DNA from: a virus
Lineage: Duplodnaviria > Caudoviricetes
Reading direction: 5' to 3' (one strand)
Virus record (IMG/VR): IMGVR_UViG_3300042465_003316
Location: 1-53,017 of that record
Length of the DNA stretch: 53,017 nucleotides
Shown: piece after piece, positions 37,252 through 45,571 of the stretch
Numbering within the stretch: position 1 is the first letter of the stretch
Layout of the letters: each line of letters begins with the position of its first letter
Translations under genes and position numbers: made by a program
Notes under the pieces: model-generated
Told to the model about the DNA's origin: nothing
What the model saw: only the letters and a program-made list of their open reading frames with translations
The model's database searches: none

Positions 37252-40200
37252 ATGAACATCCTAGAACTAAAGCGCAGCGCCCGGGGATACTCCTACCGCG
37301 AAGGCGGGGATCAGTTTAACTATCCAACAACAGCGCCATCAACACTTGGGACTTACCAAGGCGATGACGAGAGTAGGTACCCTGCGGTTGTTCAACCTGC
37401 GCCCGTTGTGGTTGCTCCACCTGTAATTGCTCCATCTGCGCTCTCCGTAGTACAACCTACTGTTGCAGCGGGAATTGCCAAAAACGGCCCTTCTGCGGGC
37501 CAACAGTTAGGAGCTGTTATTGGTAGAACGGGAGGCGGCGGTCCCAATGTTGATATTCCGGTTACCGAATACATCGAGGCATACGAATCCGTTAACCCTG
37601 ATGGGACCATCAACAGGTACGACACCCAAGGGAATTTCGTTACCACGTATACATCGAATGGCAGCGATATTGTTGGTGACTTTTTTGCCGGGATCGACTC
37701 TTCGTTGGGGTTGTCTAGCGGGCTTACCTCTATTGGCAAGGGTTTAGAAAACTTGGACAACACCTTGGGCTTGTCTAGAAACGCCCCGGCCATTGTTGGT
37801 ATGGCTGCTTCGTACTTTTTACCCGGGATCGGGCAGGCGCTTGGGCAGTCGTTGGTAAACGCCGGGGTTCTTACGGGTGCAGCCGCCACCCCCGCTATGG
37901 CAACAACCATAGGCACAGCGTTAGCGCAAACAGGGGTTAGCGTAGCTCAAGGACAACCCCTAGACAAAGCTCTTGGCAGCGCCATCATTTCTGTAGGATT
38001 GGGGGCTTATGGCGCAGATATAAAATCAGCCATAGGCCAAATAACCACTAACCCGATTGCTCAGAACGCCATTTTTAAAGCTGGGACTGACGTTGTAACC
38101 GCAGTGGCCCAAGGCAAAAGCGGGGATGAAGTGCTGCAGGGTATTGGGCAGTCTATAGTTTCTACGGTAGCTAACTCTGCCGCCACTGAAGCTGTAAAGA
38201 ACATCCCCGGAATAGATAACTTATCCCCTGCCCAACAGAACATCGTTAAGACTGGCATTGCCACCTCCATCCAAGGTGGCGACGGCACTAAGTCGATGCT
38301 CAATTCTGCGATCAACGCAGGGGCAAACTACGTACTAGACGCGGTGACAGCTACCCCCGGTGCATCCGCAGCTAACCCCATGTCACAAGACCCGGCGCAA
38401 CGGGCTGCGTCCGCAGACACAACAGCAAGCGCCACCACACCCACCCCAAGCATTACAGACATCCTCGCTGATGCAAGATTGAGCGAGCCTAATCTATCGC
38501 CCGAAACGGTCGCGGATATTCTTGGCACGCCGGGAGAGGTTCAACCGGGGTATGTTACCGCAGGGCTTGATACTGGGGTTGTAAGCGATGCTGGGGGCGG
38601 CGGTGGCGCACCTGCTTATATTAGTAGCGGGCGTCCTATCTACTCCGAGGACAGCCGCGCATCAACTGTCGTACCACCTGAAGGTTTTGAGGTCTTATCC
38701 GCAGAGAAAGCTGATAATAAACCTGCCGGATCGTATTACGACGCGGAGTTGAATGCTTGGCTTACACCACAAGCGCCGTACCCAATCGAGTCTGATATTC
38801 CCGACTACCTTGGCACGGGTTCGGACGCGGTTGACTTGCCCGACGAGCAAATTCCGAGCGATAAGGTTACGACGGATTTTGAAGATTTAGTAGCCGCTGG
38901 TGTCGATCCTAATTTGGCTCTTCAACTAGCCATGCAGGGGAATACCGGCACCGGTTCTGTGGCCGGTGGCGGCACAGGCGGTGCTACCGGCGGCGGTGGC
39001 GATCTGACGGATGGTGGGGGTCTACCCTCAACGGTAGTCGACATCCCAGATTACATCGGGGGTGGCGATCTGACGGATGGTGGGGGTCTACCCTCAACGG
39101 TAGTCGACATCCCAGATTACATCGGGGGTGGCGATCTGACGGATGGTGGGGGTCTACCATCAACGGTAGTCGACATCCCAGATTACATCGGGGGCGGTGA
39201 CCTGCCCGGTGGCGGCGGGGGTCTACCATCAACGGTAGTCGACATCCCAGATTACATCGGGGGTGGTGGCGCTCTGCCACCGCTATCCGACTTGCCCTTG
39301 ACGGATGTTGGGTCGCCCGGGCCTGTGACAAACGTAATCGCCGACCTGCCGCCACTATCCGACTTGCCCTTGACGGATGTTGGGTCGCCCGGGCCTGTGA
39401 CGGAAGTAATCGCGGATACTCCCGCGCCGGTGACCCCGGTGACCCCGCCGCCAGTGACCCCGTTGCCAGTGACCCCGGTGACCCCCGTCAAGCCAACCGT
39501 TACACCGACTGTTACGCCAACCGTTACAAGCAGCGGTGGGCTGCCCACTTTAAAATACTCAGACCCGTCTGTTATTTCCGGGGGCGGCCTTCTACACGTA
39601 GGGAAAATGGGGCAAGATATGAACGACCGTCAGCTAAAACAACTCTACGACAGTATCGTAAAAGACACCTCACCGGATTACGACTACGTGGAGGACACGA
39701 AACCAGAAACGGTGGATATTCTCAGAGCAAATACCCTGCCCTTTTCCACGCCGCAGCCCAACTACTCAGGATTCTCGGGGTACTCAGGCTACGCCCAAGG
39801 CGGCCCGGTTCAGAACCTCGCCGAGGGTAGCCAACCCGACCAGTCCTACGCCGTGCGGGACACCATGGCCGCACTGAAGGGCCTCGGCGCCTTGGGGTTC
39901 GATGGTAAGCCCGATCGGCCCCAGCTACTGAAGCAGGGCCAGATGGGTGGGACCCACAACCCCAAGGTGCTTCCCCAGCTTGCGGCACTCCTGCGGGCCC
40001 GGGGAATGACGCTCGCCGAGGGCGGGCAGCCGGACGACCACACCCACCCGAACTACGACGGCGTGCCCCTGCTGCGCACGGGGGGCCTGAGCGGCTTGGG
40101 TGGCAAGTACGTGGAGGGCAAGGGCGACGGCACCAGCGACGATATCGCGGCGATGCTTGCCAACGGTGAGTACGTGTTTTCGGCGGACGTGGTGGCGGCA

Positions 40201-40359
40201 CTGGGGAACGGCTCGAACAAAGCCGGAGCGGAAGAACTTGACAGGATGGTGCGAGCCATCCGCTCCCGGGCCCGGTCTGCGCCACCGGACAAACTGCCCC
40301 CGGATGCCAAGTCTCCGCTAGAATACCTGAAGTCCTCAAAGGGGAAAACGCATGGCTGA
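37252..40359 (+). CDS. internal virion/ejection-type protein with tandem repeats and C-terminal GxGDGTSD...NGEYV domain
   Basis: Gly/Ala membrane-like segments, acidic repeats, C-terminal domain; position after nozzle. Confidence 0.7.
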   Translation: MNILELKRSARGYSYREGGDQFNYPTTAPSTLGTYQGDDESRYPAVVQPAPVVVAPPVIAPSALSVVQPTVAAGIAKNGPSAGQQLGAVIGRTGGGGPNVDIPVTEYIEAYESVNPDGTINRYDTQGNFVTTYTSNGSDIVGDFFAGIDSSLGLSSGLTSIGKGLENLDNTLGLSRNAPAIVGMAASYFLPGIGQALGQSLVNAGVLTGAAATPAMATTIGTALAQTGVSVAQGQPLDKALGSAIISVGLGAYGADIKSAIGQITTNPIAQNAIFKAGTDVVTAVAQGKSGDEVLQGIGQSIVSTVANSAATEAVKNIPGIDNLSPAQQNIVKTGIATSIQGGDGTKSMLNSAINAGANYVLDAVTATPGASAANPMSQDPAQRAASADTTASATTPTPSITDILADARLSEPNLSPETVADILGTPGEVQPGYVTAGLDTGVVSDAGGGGGAPAYISSGRPIYSEDSRASTVVPPEGFEVLSAEKADNKPAGSYYDAELNAWLTPQAPYPIESDIPDYLGTGSDAVDLPDEQIPSDKVTTDFEDLVAAGVDPNLALQLAMQGNTGTGSVAGGGTGGATGGGGDLTDGGGLPSTVVDIPDYIGGGDLTDGGGLPSTVVDIPDYIGGGDLTDGGGLPSTVVDIPDYIGGGDLPGGGGGLPSTVVDIPDYIGGGGALPPLSDLPLTDVGSPGPVTNVIADLPPLSDLPLTDVGSPGPVTEVIADTPAPVTPVTPPPVTPLPVTPVTPVKPTVTPTVTPTVTSSGGLPTLKYSDPSVISGGGLLHVGKMGQDMNDRQLKQLYDSIVKDTSPDYDYVEDTKPETVDILRANTLPFSTPQPNYSGFSGYSGYAQGGPVQNLAEGSQPDQSYAVRDTMAALKGLGALGFDGKPDRPQLLKQGQMGGTHNPKVLPQLAALLRARGMTLAEGGQPDDHTHPNYDGVPLLRTGGLSGLGGKYVEGKGDGTSDDIAAMLANGEYVFSADVVAALGNGSNKAGAEELDRMVRAIRSRARSAPPDKLPPDAKSPLEYLKSSKGKTHG
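38992..39530 (+). repeat. coding tandem repeats: 4 x 66 bp, 2 x 72 bp, then PVT/TPTV low-complexity
   Basis: GGGDLTDGGGLPSTVVDIPDYI x4 (D codons at 39001, 39067, 39133, 39199); LPPLSDLPLTDVGSPGPVT..IAD x2. Confidence 0.9.
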
Positions 40360-41620
40360 TTTGACCGAATCGTCGCAGGTAACAGCGACGACGACACCCC
40401 AATACTACACCGACTACCTATCCAACCTTGCAACCAAGGGGACGGCAGCCGGTGCCGCCACTGATGTCGCGGCATGGAATACGGCACCGCTTCAAAGTCA
40501 GGCTTTCACCGGTGTAGCGTCCAACGTCGGCAACTACAAACCCGGCATCGCCCAAGCTGGGCAGTCATTTCAGCAGGCTGGCGGGACGGATATTACGGGC
40601 GCAGCCAGCCCGTTTCTAACGGCTGGTACGACCACCAGCGGCCTGTCGCAGGCCAACCCATACCTGCAGGGTGGGACCTCAAGCGCGGCGGACTTGGTGG
40701 GCGGGTACATGAACCCCTACACCACCAACGTGGTCGACCAAATCCGGCTGGCGAACCAGCAAAACATCCAGCAAAACTTGTCCCCGGGCATCACCGCCGG
40801 GGCCGTTGGTGGAGGCCAGTTTGGATCGCAGCGTGGCGCCAACGCGCTGGCGCTGGGCATCTCCAACGCCAACATCGGGGCTCTGGGACAGCAGGCAGCA
40901 GCGTTGCAGTCCGGCTACTCCGAGGCCCTCAAGGCGGCCCAGCAACAGCGCCTCAACCAGCTTGCCGCCGGTCAGACGGCGGGCACCCTGCAGAACCAAG
41001 CCAACGTCAATCAGGTGACTGCGGGTCAGACGGCGGGTAACCTTGCCGCCCAGCAGGGCCAGTTGTACCGTGACGTGGGCACCGGCCAAGCGGCCTTAGC
41101 AAACCAGCTTCAGACGCAGGGCTTGGCCGACGTCAACGCCTTGGCGACCCTTGGCGATCAACAGCGGCTCATCGCCCAGAGCAGGCAGCTTGCGCCGTTG
41201 GAAATCCTTGGCAAGCAGGCCAGTGTCATGTCCGGCGCGAACATCCCGACCACCGTCACCAGCACCATGAAGGGCTCGCCGTTGTCGATGATCGCGGGCT
41301 TGGGTGCCACAACGGCGGGTATCTTCTCAAAGCCAGTGGTTGGTAGAAACCCGGATGGAACAAGTATCCTTGGGGACAGCCTGTGGACAACCATCAAGAA
41401 TCAATTCGGGAGCGCTGTGGCGGATGCAGTAGCGGGGGCCGCTGGCGGGGCCGCTGGCGGGGCCGCTGGCGGCGCTAACGATACGGTGCCGGGCGCAGAA
41501 ACCGATCCCAACAATCCGCTTTATGGGGTTGACGGTACAGCAACGACCGGCATGGAGCACCTTAACTGGAGTGACGACACCGGCACCATGGTCGACGGTG
41601 TGTGGTACCCGAACGAATAA
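40352..41620 (+). CDS. DNA ejection/pilot protein (P22 gp7/gp20-like position)
   Basis: YMNPY..NVV, GQFGSQR, Gln/Ala-rich helices. Confidence 0.7.
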   Translation: MADLTESSQVTATTTPQYYTDYLSNLATKGTAAGAATDVAAWNTAPLQSQAFTGVASNVGNYKPGIAQAGQSFQQAGGTDITGAASPFLTAGTTTSGLSQANPYLQGGTSSAADLVGGYMNPYTTNVVDQIRLANQQNIQQNLSPGITAGAVGGGQFGSQRGANALALGISNANIGALGQQAAALQSGYSEALKAAQQQRLNQLAAGQTAGTLQNQANVNQVTAGQTAGNLAAQQGQLYRDVGTGQAALANQLQTQGLADVNALATLGDQQRLIAQSRQLAPLEILGKQASVMSGANIPTTVTSTMKGSPLSMIAGLGATTAGIFSKPVVGRNPDGTSILGDSLWTTIKNQFGSAVADAVAGAAGGAAGGAAGGANDTVPGAETDPNNPLYGVDGTATTGMEHLNWSDDTGTMVDGVWYPNE

Positions 41621-41630
41621 GGAACAGATC

Positions 41631-43439
41631 ATGGCCGATAAAATTATGCAGCCCGGTCTGCCCGACCCAAAAAACCTCAATTTGTACGGTGCCGAGCCAT
41701 CTGATATTTCCGAATACCAGAAGTCCCTGCAGGCCAGCGTGGACGCGTTGGAGCAGCGCTACGCCAACCCGAACTGGTTCAACGTAGCCGCCGGGTTTTT
41801 CAAACCCCAACTGGGTGGTTTTGGTGCGTCCTTGGGCAGCGCCTCGCAGGCGCTGGGCGAGAACCTTGAGAAGCAGCGGGAGAGCCAATTACCCATAGCC
41901 CAAATGCGTGCCCAGTTGGCCGCCTCGAAGATCGCCATGGGCCAAGGCTCGTCTGCTGCCAAAGCATTTGCGGATTGGAAGGCTACCGGCCAGCCCATGA
42001 ACGAGGCTACTGCCTCGCACATCATAGGTCTGGCGCCAGACTCCGCATCAGCAACCGCTGTAAAGGCCGCCCTTGACGCCGAGCGGAAGCTGCAAGACCA
42101 ACGTACCGCCCAGCAAGGGGTGCTTGCTTCCCAGTACAACGCCGACCTGACGTTGCTTATGAACCTCAAGGGGTCTATACCTGCTGTTGAGTTCAATAAA
42201 CGGTTGCAGGACTTGCAGACGGAATACAAAAAGTTGCGCCCGCCAGTGGTCCCTCAAGGGACTACTGAGAACGTGGCAGACCCCCGAAAAGATACTAGGG
42301 TTCCAGCACCGGGCGCTGCGGCTTCAAATGCTGGTGAGCCTGCTGGTCCCCAATTATCCGGCGCGGTTACCTCCCCGATCCGTCTTAACGCGGTCGTTCC
42401 TGAACCTGTTGTCCCGGGTACCCCACCCAACTTTATTGCAGGCGCTCCGCTCCCGCCTCCTCCTGTCGGCTCTGCTGCTGCTGCCCCAGAAAAACAACCC
42501 GCTACTTGGACAGGAGGTGTTATACCCCCCGCGCAACTAGCCCTTGTTCAAAAATTGGCTATGTCCAATGACCCCAAGGTTGCAGAAGAAGGTAAAGCCA
42601 TTTTGAAGGCATACCAAGAATCTCAAATTGCAAAAGGCGATAAAGTAACGGCGCCCCCTGCTGCTGCAGAAAAATTGGATACGTCCACTTTTGTGATTAA
42701 ACCGAGTTTTGATAGAAGCAAACTTCTTAAAACCCCGCAAACTGAAGAAGAAATAGACTTCAATGCCTCTTATAAAGCAAACGCGGCCAAAGCGGAAAGT
42801 AAGTATGCAGAAGATTATGTTAATTTACAAAAAATAAATCAATCCGTAAATTTTGCTACCGCAAAAGAGGCTAACAATTATGTGCTTAACGCAATAGACA
42901 CCGACCCCGATTCCGCCGCAAGTGCTGCGGAGATATTACGTAAAGAAGGGCCGTTGGCTACCTTATTGGCTGGGGGAATTGGTGTGTCTGTAGGCCCCTA
43001 CGGCGCAACTTTTAGCTTAAAAGGCCTAGCTCCGGCTTTGGTGGCGGGACTTGACCAAGATAAACGGAATTACTACGATAGGTTGCTTAATGCTGTATCA
43101 AAGAGTGTTTACTACGATTTAATAAGTCGCGGGATTGATCCTGAAAAAGAAGGAGCAGAGAAATTTGGGCAACGTATGCTACAAGAAACAAACTTGAGTC
43201 AAGGCATATCGGCTATCAGGCTTGCCGTTAAACAAAACGACATACGTTTGGATCATAACGCCGCGCTATATGATGCGTACAACAAGGCCCTTCCCCAAGC
43301 TGTTTCGGAAAGGTCAATGACGCCCTTGCGCGACATAGCTCTGCAGCACCCTGAAGTAAAAATACTCAACGGGTTACTTCTTAGAAACTTAAAAAAAGCA
43401 TCAGATAATGCTTCGCTGAAAAAGGAAAGCAAGCCATGA
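41631..43439 (+). CDS. putative ejection/internal virion protein
   Basis: AAGGA RBS at 41631; VAAGFFKPQLGGFGASLG N-terminus; low-GC C-terminal half. Confidence 0.65.
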   Translation: MADKIMQPGLPDPKNLNLYGAEPSDISEYQKSLQASVDALEQRYANPNWFNVAAGFFKPQLGGFGASLGSASQALGENLEKQRESQLPIAQMRAQLAASKIAMGQGSSAAKAFADWKATGQPMNEATASHIIGLAPDSASATAVKAALDAERKLQDQRTAQQGVLASQYNADLTLLMNLKGSIPAVEFNKRLQDLQTEYKKLRPPVVPQGTTENVADPRKDTRVPAPGAAASNAGEPAGPQLSGAVTSPIRLNAVVPEPVVPGTPPNFIAGAPLPPPPVGSAAAAPEKQPATWTGGVIPPAQLALVQKLAMSNDPKVAEEGKAILKAYQESQIAKGDKVTAPPAAAEKLDTSTFVIKPSFDRSKLLKTPQTEEEIDFNASYKANAAKAESKYAEDYVNLQKINQSVNFATAKEANNYVLNAIDTDPDSAASAAEILRKEGPLATLLAGGIGVSVGPYGATFSLKGLAPALVAGLDQDKRNYYDRLLNAVSKSVYYDLISRGIDPEKEGAEKFGQRMLQETNLSQGISAIRLAVKQNDIRLDHNAALYDAYNKALPQAVSERSMTPLRDIALQHPEVKILNGLLLRNLKKASDNASLKKESKP

Positions 43440-44911
43440 CTACGTCCGTAAGCGAAGAGCAAATACAGGCTGAAATAAATCGTCGCTTTGCTGCGGATAA
43501 CGAGGCTGCTCCGGCTGCCCCTGCGGCTGCCCCTGCGGCTGCCCCTGCGGCTGCCCCTGCGGCTGCCCCTGCGGCTGCCCCTGCCCCTGCGGCTTCTGAC
43601 GCTGAAGATTCCGACGCAGAGGCCTATGTAAAGCTACGAGCCGCCGAAGCCAAGCTAAAGGCCACCGGCGATAAAAACAAGTCATCAATTCCGGGAATGG
43701 AAACCTACAACAAACTACCGGAAGACGCTAAACCCTACGCCCTTGGTGCAGCGGGGCTATTGGGGGGTAAGGTTTTACGCAGCACACTACCCCAAGAAAA
43801 AGTATTTGGTACGCCCGAATACAACATAAAGCAACAGGATTATAAAAATCTGGTTTCTGTTGATCAGCCACGGGCATCTCAAGCCGTACAAAATGCGCAA
43901 GATTTAGTAAGGAACGCTCAGGAACAACACCAAGCCTCGCAAAGGGCTTTGCAAACTCAGCACCAAACTGCGTACCAAACACACGCTGATAATTTAGCTG
44001 AACTAGACCGTGCCCAAAGGCAACACGCCTACGCGCAAACCTTGACCGCCGAGGATGAATTGGCTAGACGCCAGCCGCCAAGAACAGGGGCCCTGTCGGC
44101 TCCCGCGCCCGCACCCGGGTTAACGCTTCTCCCACGGGGCGGAGAAGCCACGGCCAATTACTCTGAAAGATTTGGAGCAACCCCACAAGAAGCCCGCGTG
44201 GTGTCTAGTATGTCCGCCATGCAGCAACAAAACATACCCGCCCAACAGCGGGCTTGGTCAAAGATACCCTCTATTGCCCCGGGTTTTGAGCCGGTAAAAG
44301 AAAGCCCTTTGTTGCTGGGTACAGAAGGCCAACAAGCCACCCGTGAAAAAATGGCGGCCCAAGCGGCAGAAGACCAGCGTAAAGCGGCGCTGGCGGCACA
44401 AGCAGACGCGGAACTAAAACGTGCGCAAGCCGAAATAGCTCGACAAAAAGCTGATGCGCAACTTCGTTTGGAAAATGCCCAAAAGAACATGGGGTCAAGC
44501 CTGAAGGCCACCTTGGCAGCCAATAAGGCGATTGATACCCATTCGGCTACCCCTCCTGTTTCGCCAGCGCAACAGACTAACCTAAGCGCCACGCAAGCTG
44601 ATCTTCAAGCATTGCAAGACCGAATATCCAGTGGCGCCCCGGGTGTGCTAACTAAGCTCGGCAAATTTATTTTGCCTCGTATTACTCCCGGGGTTGGTGC
44701 TGCCTTTGCACCTATATCGGCGGCTAAAGCGAGAGAGGAATGGTTAGCCGGTAACCCATGGCGTGCCGCTGCTTATGGGGTAGGCTCGGCGGGCTCCTTG
44801 ATGCAGGCTACCGGTATACCGCCCCTCATGGGTATAGGGAATGTAGCGCAACTTGCGCCCTTAGCGGCGATGGCCTACGATTACTCTAATGAGCAAAAAG
44901 ATAAGCCATAA
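43436..44911 (+). CDS. putative ejection/internal virion protein with AAPA repeats
   Basis: ATGA coupling; coiled coil and hydrophobic C-terminus; last gene of the late operon. Confidence 0.65.
   Translation: MTTSVSEEQIQAEINRRFAADNEAAPAAPAAAPAAAPAAAPAAAPAAAPAPAASDAEDSDAEAYVKLRAAEAKLKATGDKNKSSIPGMETYNKLPEDAKPYALGAAGLLGGKVLRSTLPQEKVFGTPEYNIKQQDYKNLVSVDQPRASQAVQNAQDLVRNAQEQHQASQRALQTQHQTAYQTHADNLAELDRAQRQHAYAQTLTAEDELARRQPPRTGALSAPAPAPGLTLLPRGGEATANYSERFGATPQEARVVSSMSAMQQQNIPAQQRAWSKIPSIAPGFEPVKESPLLLGTEGQQATREKMAAQAAEDQRKAALAAQADAELKRAQAEIARQKADAQLRLENAQKNMGSSLKATLAANKAIDTHSATPPVSPAQQTNLSATQADLQALQDRISSGAPGVLTKLGKFILPRITPGVGAAFAPISAAKAREEWLAGNPWRAAAYGVGSAGSLMQATGIPPLMGIGNVAQLAPLAAMAYDYSNEQKDKP
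43514..43585 (+). repeat. 12-bp tandem repeat GCTGCCCCTGCG (about 6 copies)
   Basis: Read directly from sequence; encodes AAPA. Confidence 0.9.
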
Positions 44912-44959
44912 CCACGCTGCCAACAAACCACACGAGCAGGCATATTGCAAAGTAACGAA

Positions 44960-45202
44960 TCACATCCCACCCCGCTTCTCTTGCAGGGCTTGGGCCACCG
45001 TGGCGTTCAGTGACTTCACAAACTTGATGCACTCGGCCCGCTCCTTGCGGGCGTAGTTCAGCGCCACCAGCGCCTCGACCTTGTGGCCGAACTCGATGAT
45101 GTCGAGGTTGTTGGTGTAGAGCCCGTTGGGGTCAATCGGCCCGCTGGGGTCTTGGCACTTGCAGTCCATCAGGACACGTTTCAGGTCGTCTTCGGTAAGC
45201 AT
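44960..45202 (-). CDS. hypothetical protein
   Basis: AGGAG RBS on - strand; KERAECIKFV pattern. Confidence 0.7.
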   Translation of the reverse strand: MLTEDDLKRVLMDCKCQDPSGPIDPNGLYTNNLDIIEFGHKVEALVALNYARKERAECIKFVKSLNATVAQALQEKRGGM

Positions 45203-45215
45203 GCTTTCTCTCCTG

Positions 45216-45243
45216 TTGATCTAACTTGGGGTTTGATTATAAT
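45216..45243 (+). promoter_or_regulatory. sigma70 promoter for a leaderless Cro-like gene
   Basis: TTGATC-N16-TATAAT; ATG begins 7 nt after the -10. Confidence 0.65.
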
Positions 45244-45249
45244 GCGGGA

Positions 45250-45450
45250 ATGACCCTCGTTGAATACTTCAAGACCGACGTGCGGGGTGCCAAGTCAGAG
45301 ATGGCCGAGCACCTCGGCGTCACCCCGACGTGGATGGCCCTGCTCATCTCTGGGCGGCGGAAGGCATCCCCGCTGCTGTCGGTGAAGATCGAGGAGGCAA
45401 CGGGTGGTCTGGTGACCCGTCAGGAACTCCGGCCAGATATCTTTCGGTGA
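45250..45450 (+). CDS. second Cro/YdaS-like HTH regulator
   Basis: MTLVEYF...MAEHLGVTPTWM...IEEATGGLVTRQELRPDIF. Confidence 0.85.
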   Translation: MTLVEYFKTDVRGAKSEMAEHLGVTPTWMALLISGRRKASPLLSVKIEEATGGLVTRQELRPDIFR

Positions 45451-45571
45451 CCGCCTGCCGCCACGCGGCCAGCAGCAGCTTGTTGTCTTCTCGCAACACC
45501 CGGTTCTCCTCGCTCACCTCGGCGGCGTAGGCCGCCAAGTTCTCCTGCTTCCAGCTTGCAAAGTCAGCCAT
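45344..45571 (-). CDS. hypothetical protein (FASWKQENLA...)
   Basis: GGAG RBS, overlaps helicase end; 3' end overlaps the Cro-like gene. Confidence 0.6.
   Translation of the reverse strand: MADFASWKQENLAAYAAEVSEENRVLREDNKLLLAAWRQAVTERYLAGVPDGSPDHPLPPRSSPTAAGMPSAAQR

Noticed and set aside
38992-39420. Regular repeats resembling a CRISPR array
   Set aside because: Contiguous in-frame coding repeats with no unique spacers; no cas operon (DUF2800 is a replication-module Cas4-like nuclease)
41434-41475. 12-bp GGGGCCGCTGGC x3 repeat
   Set aside because: Simple in-frame slippage repeat encoding GAAG; no further structure
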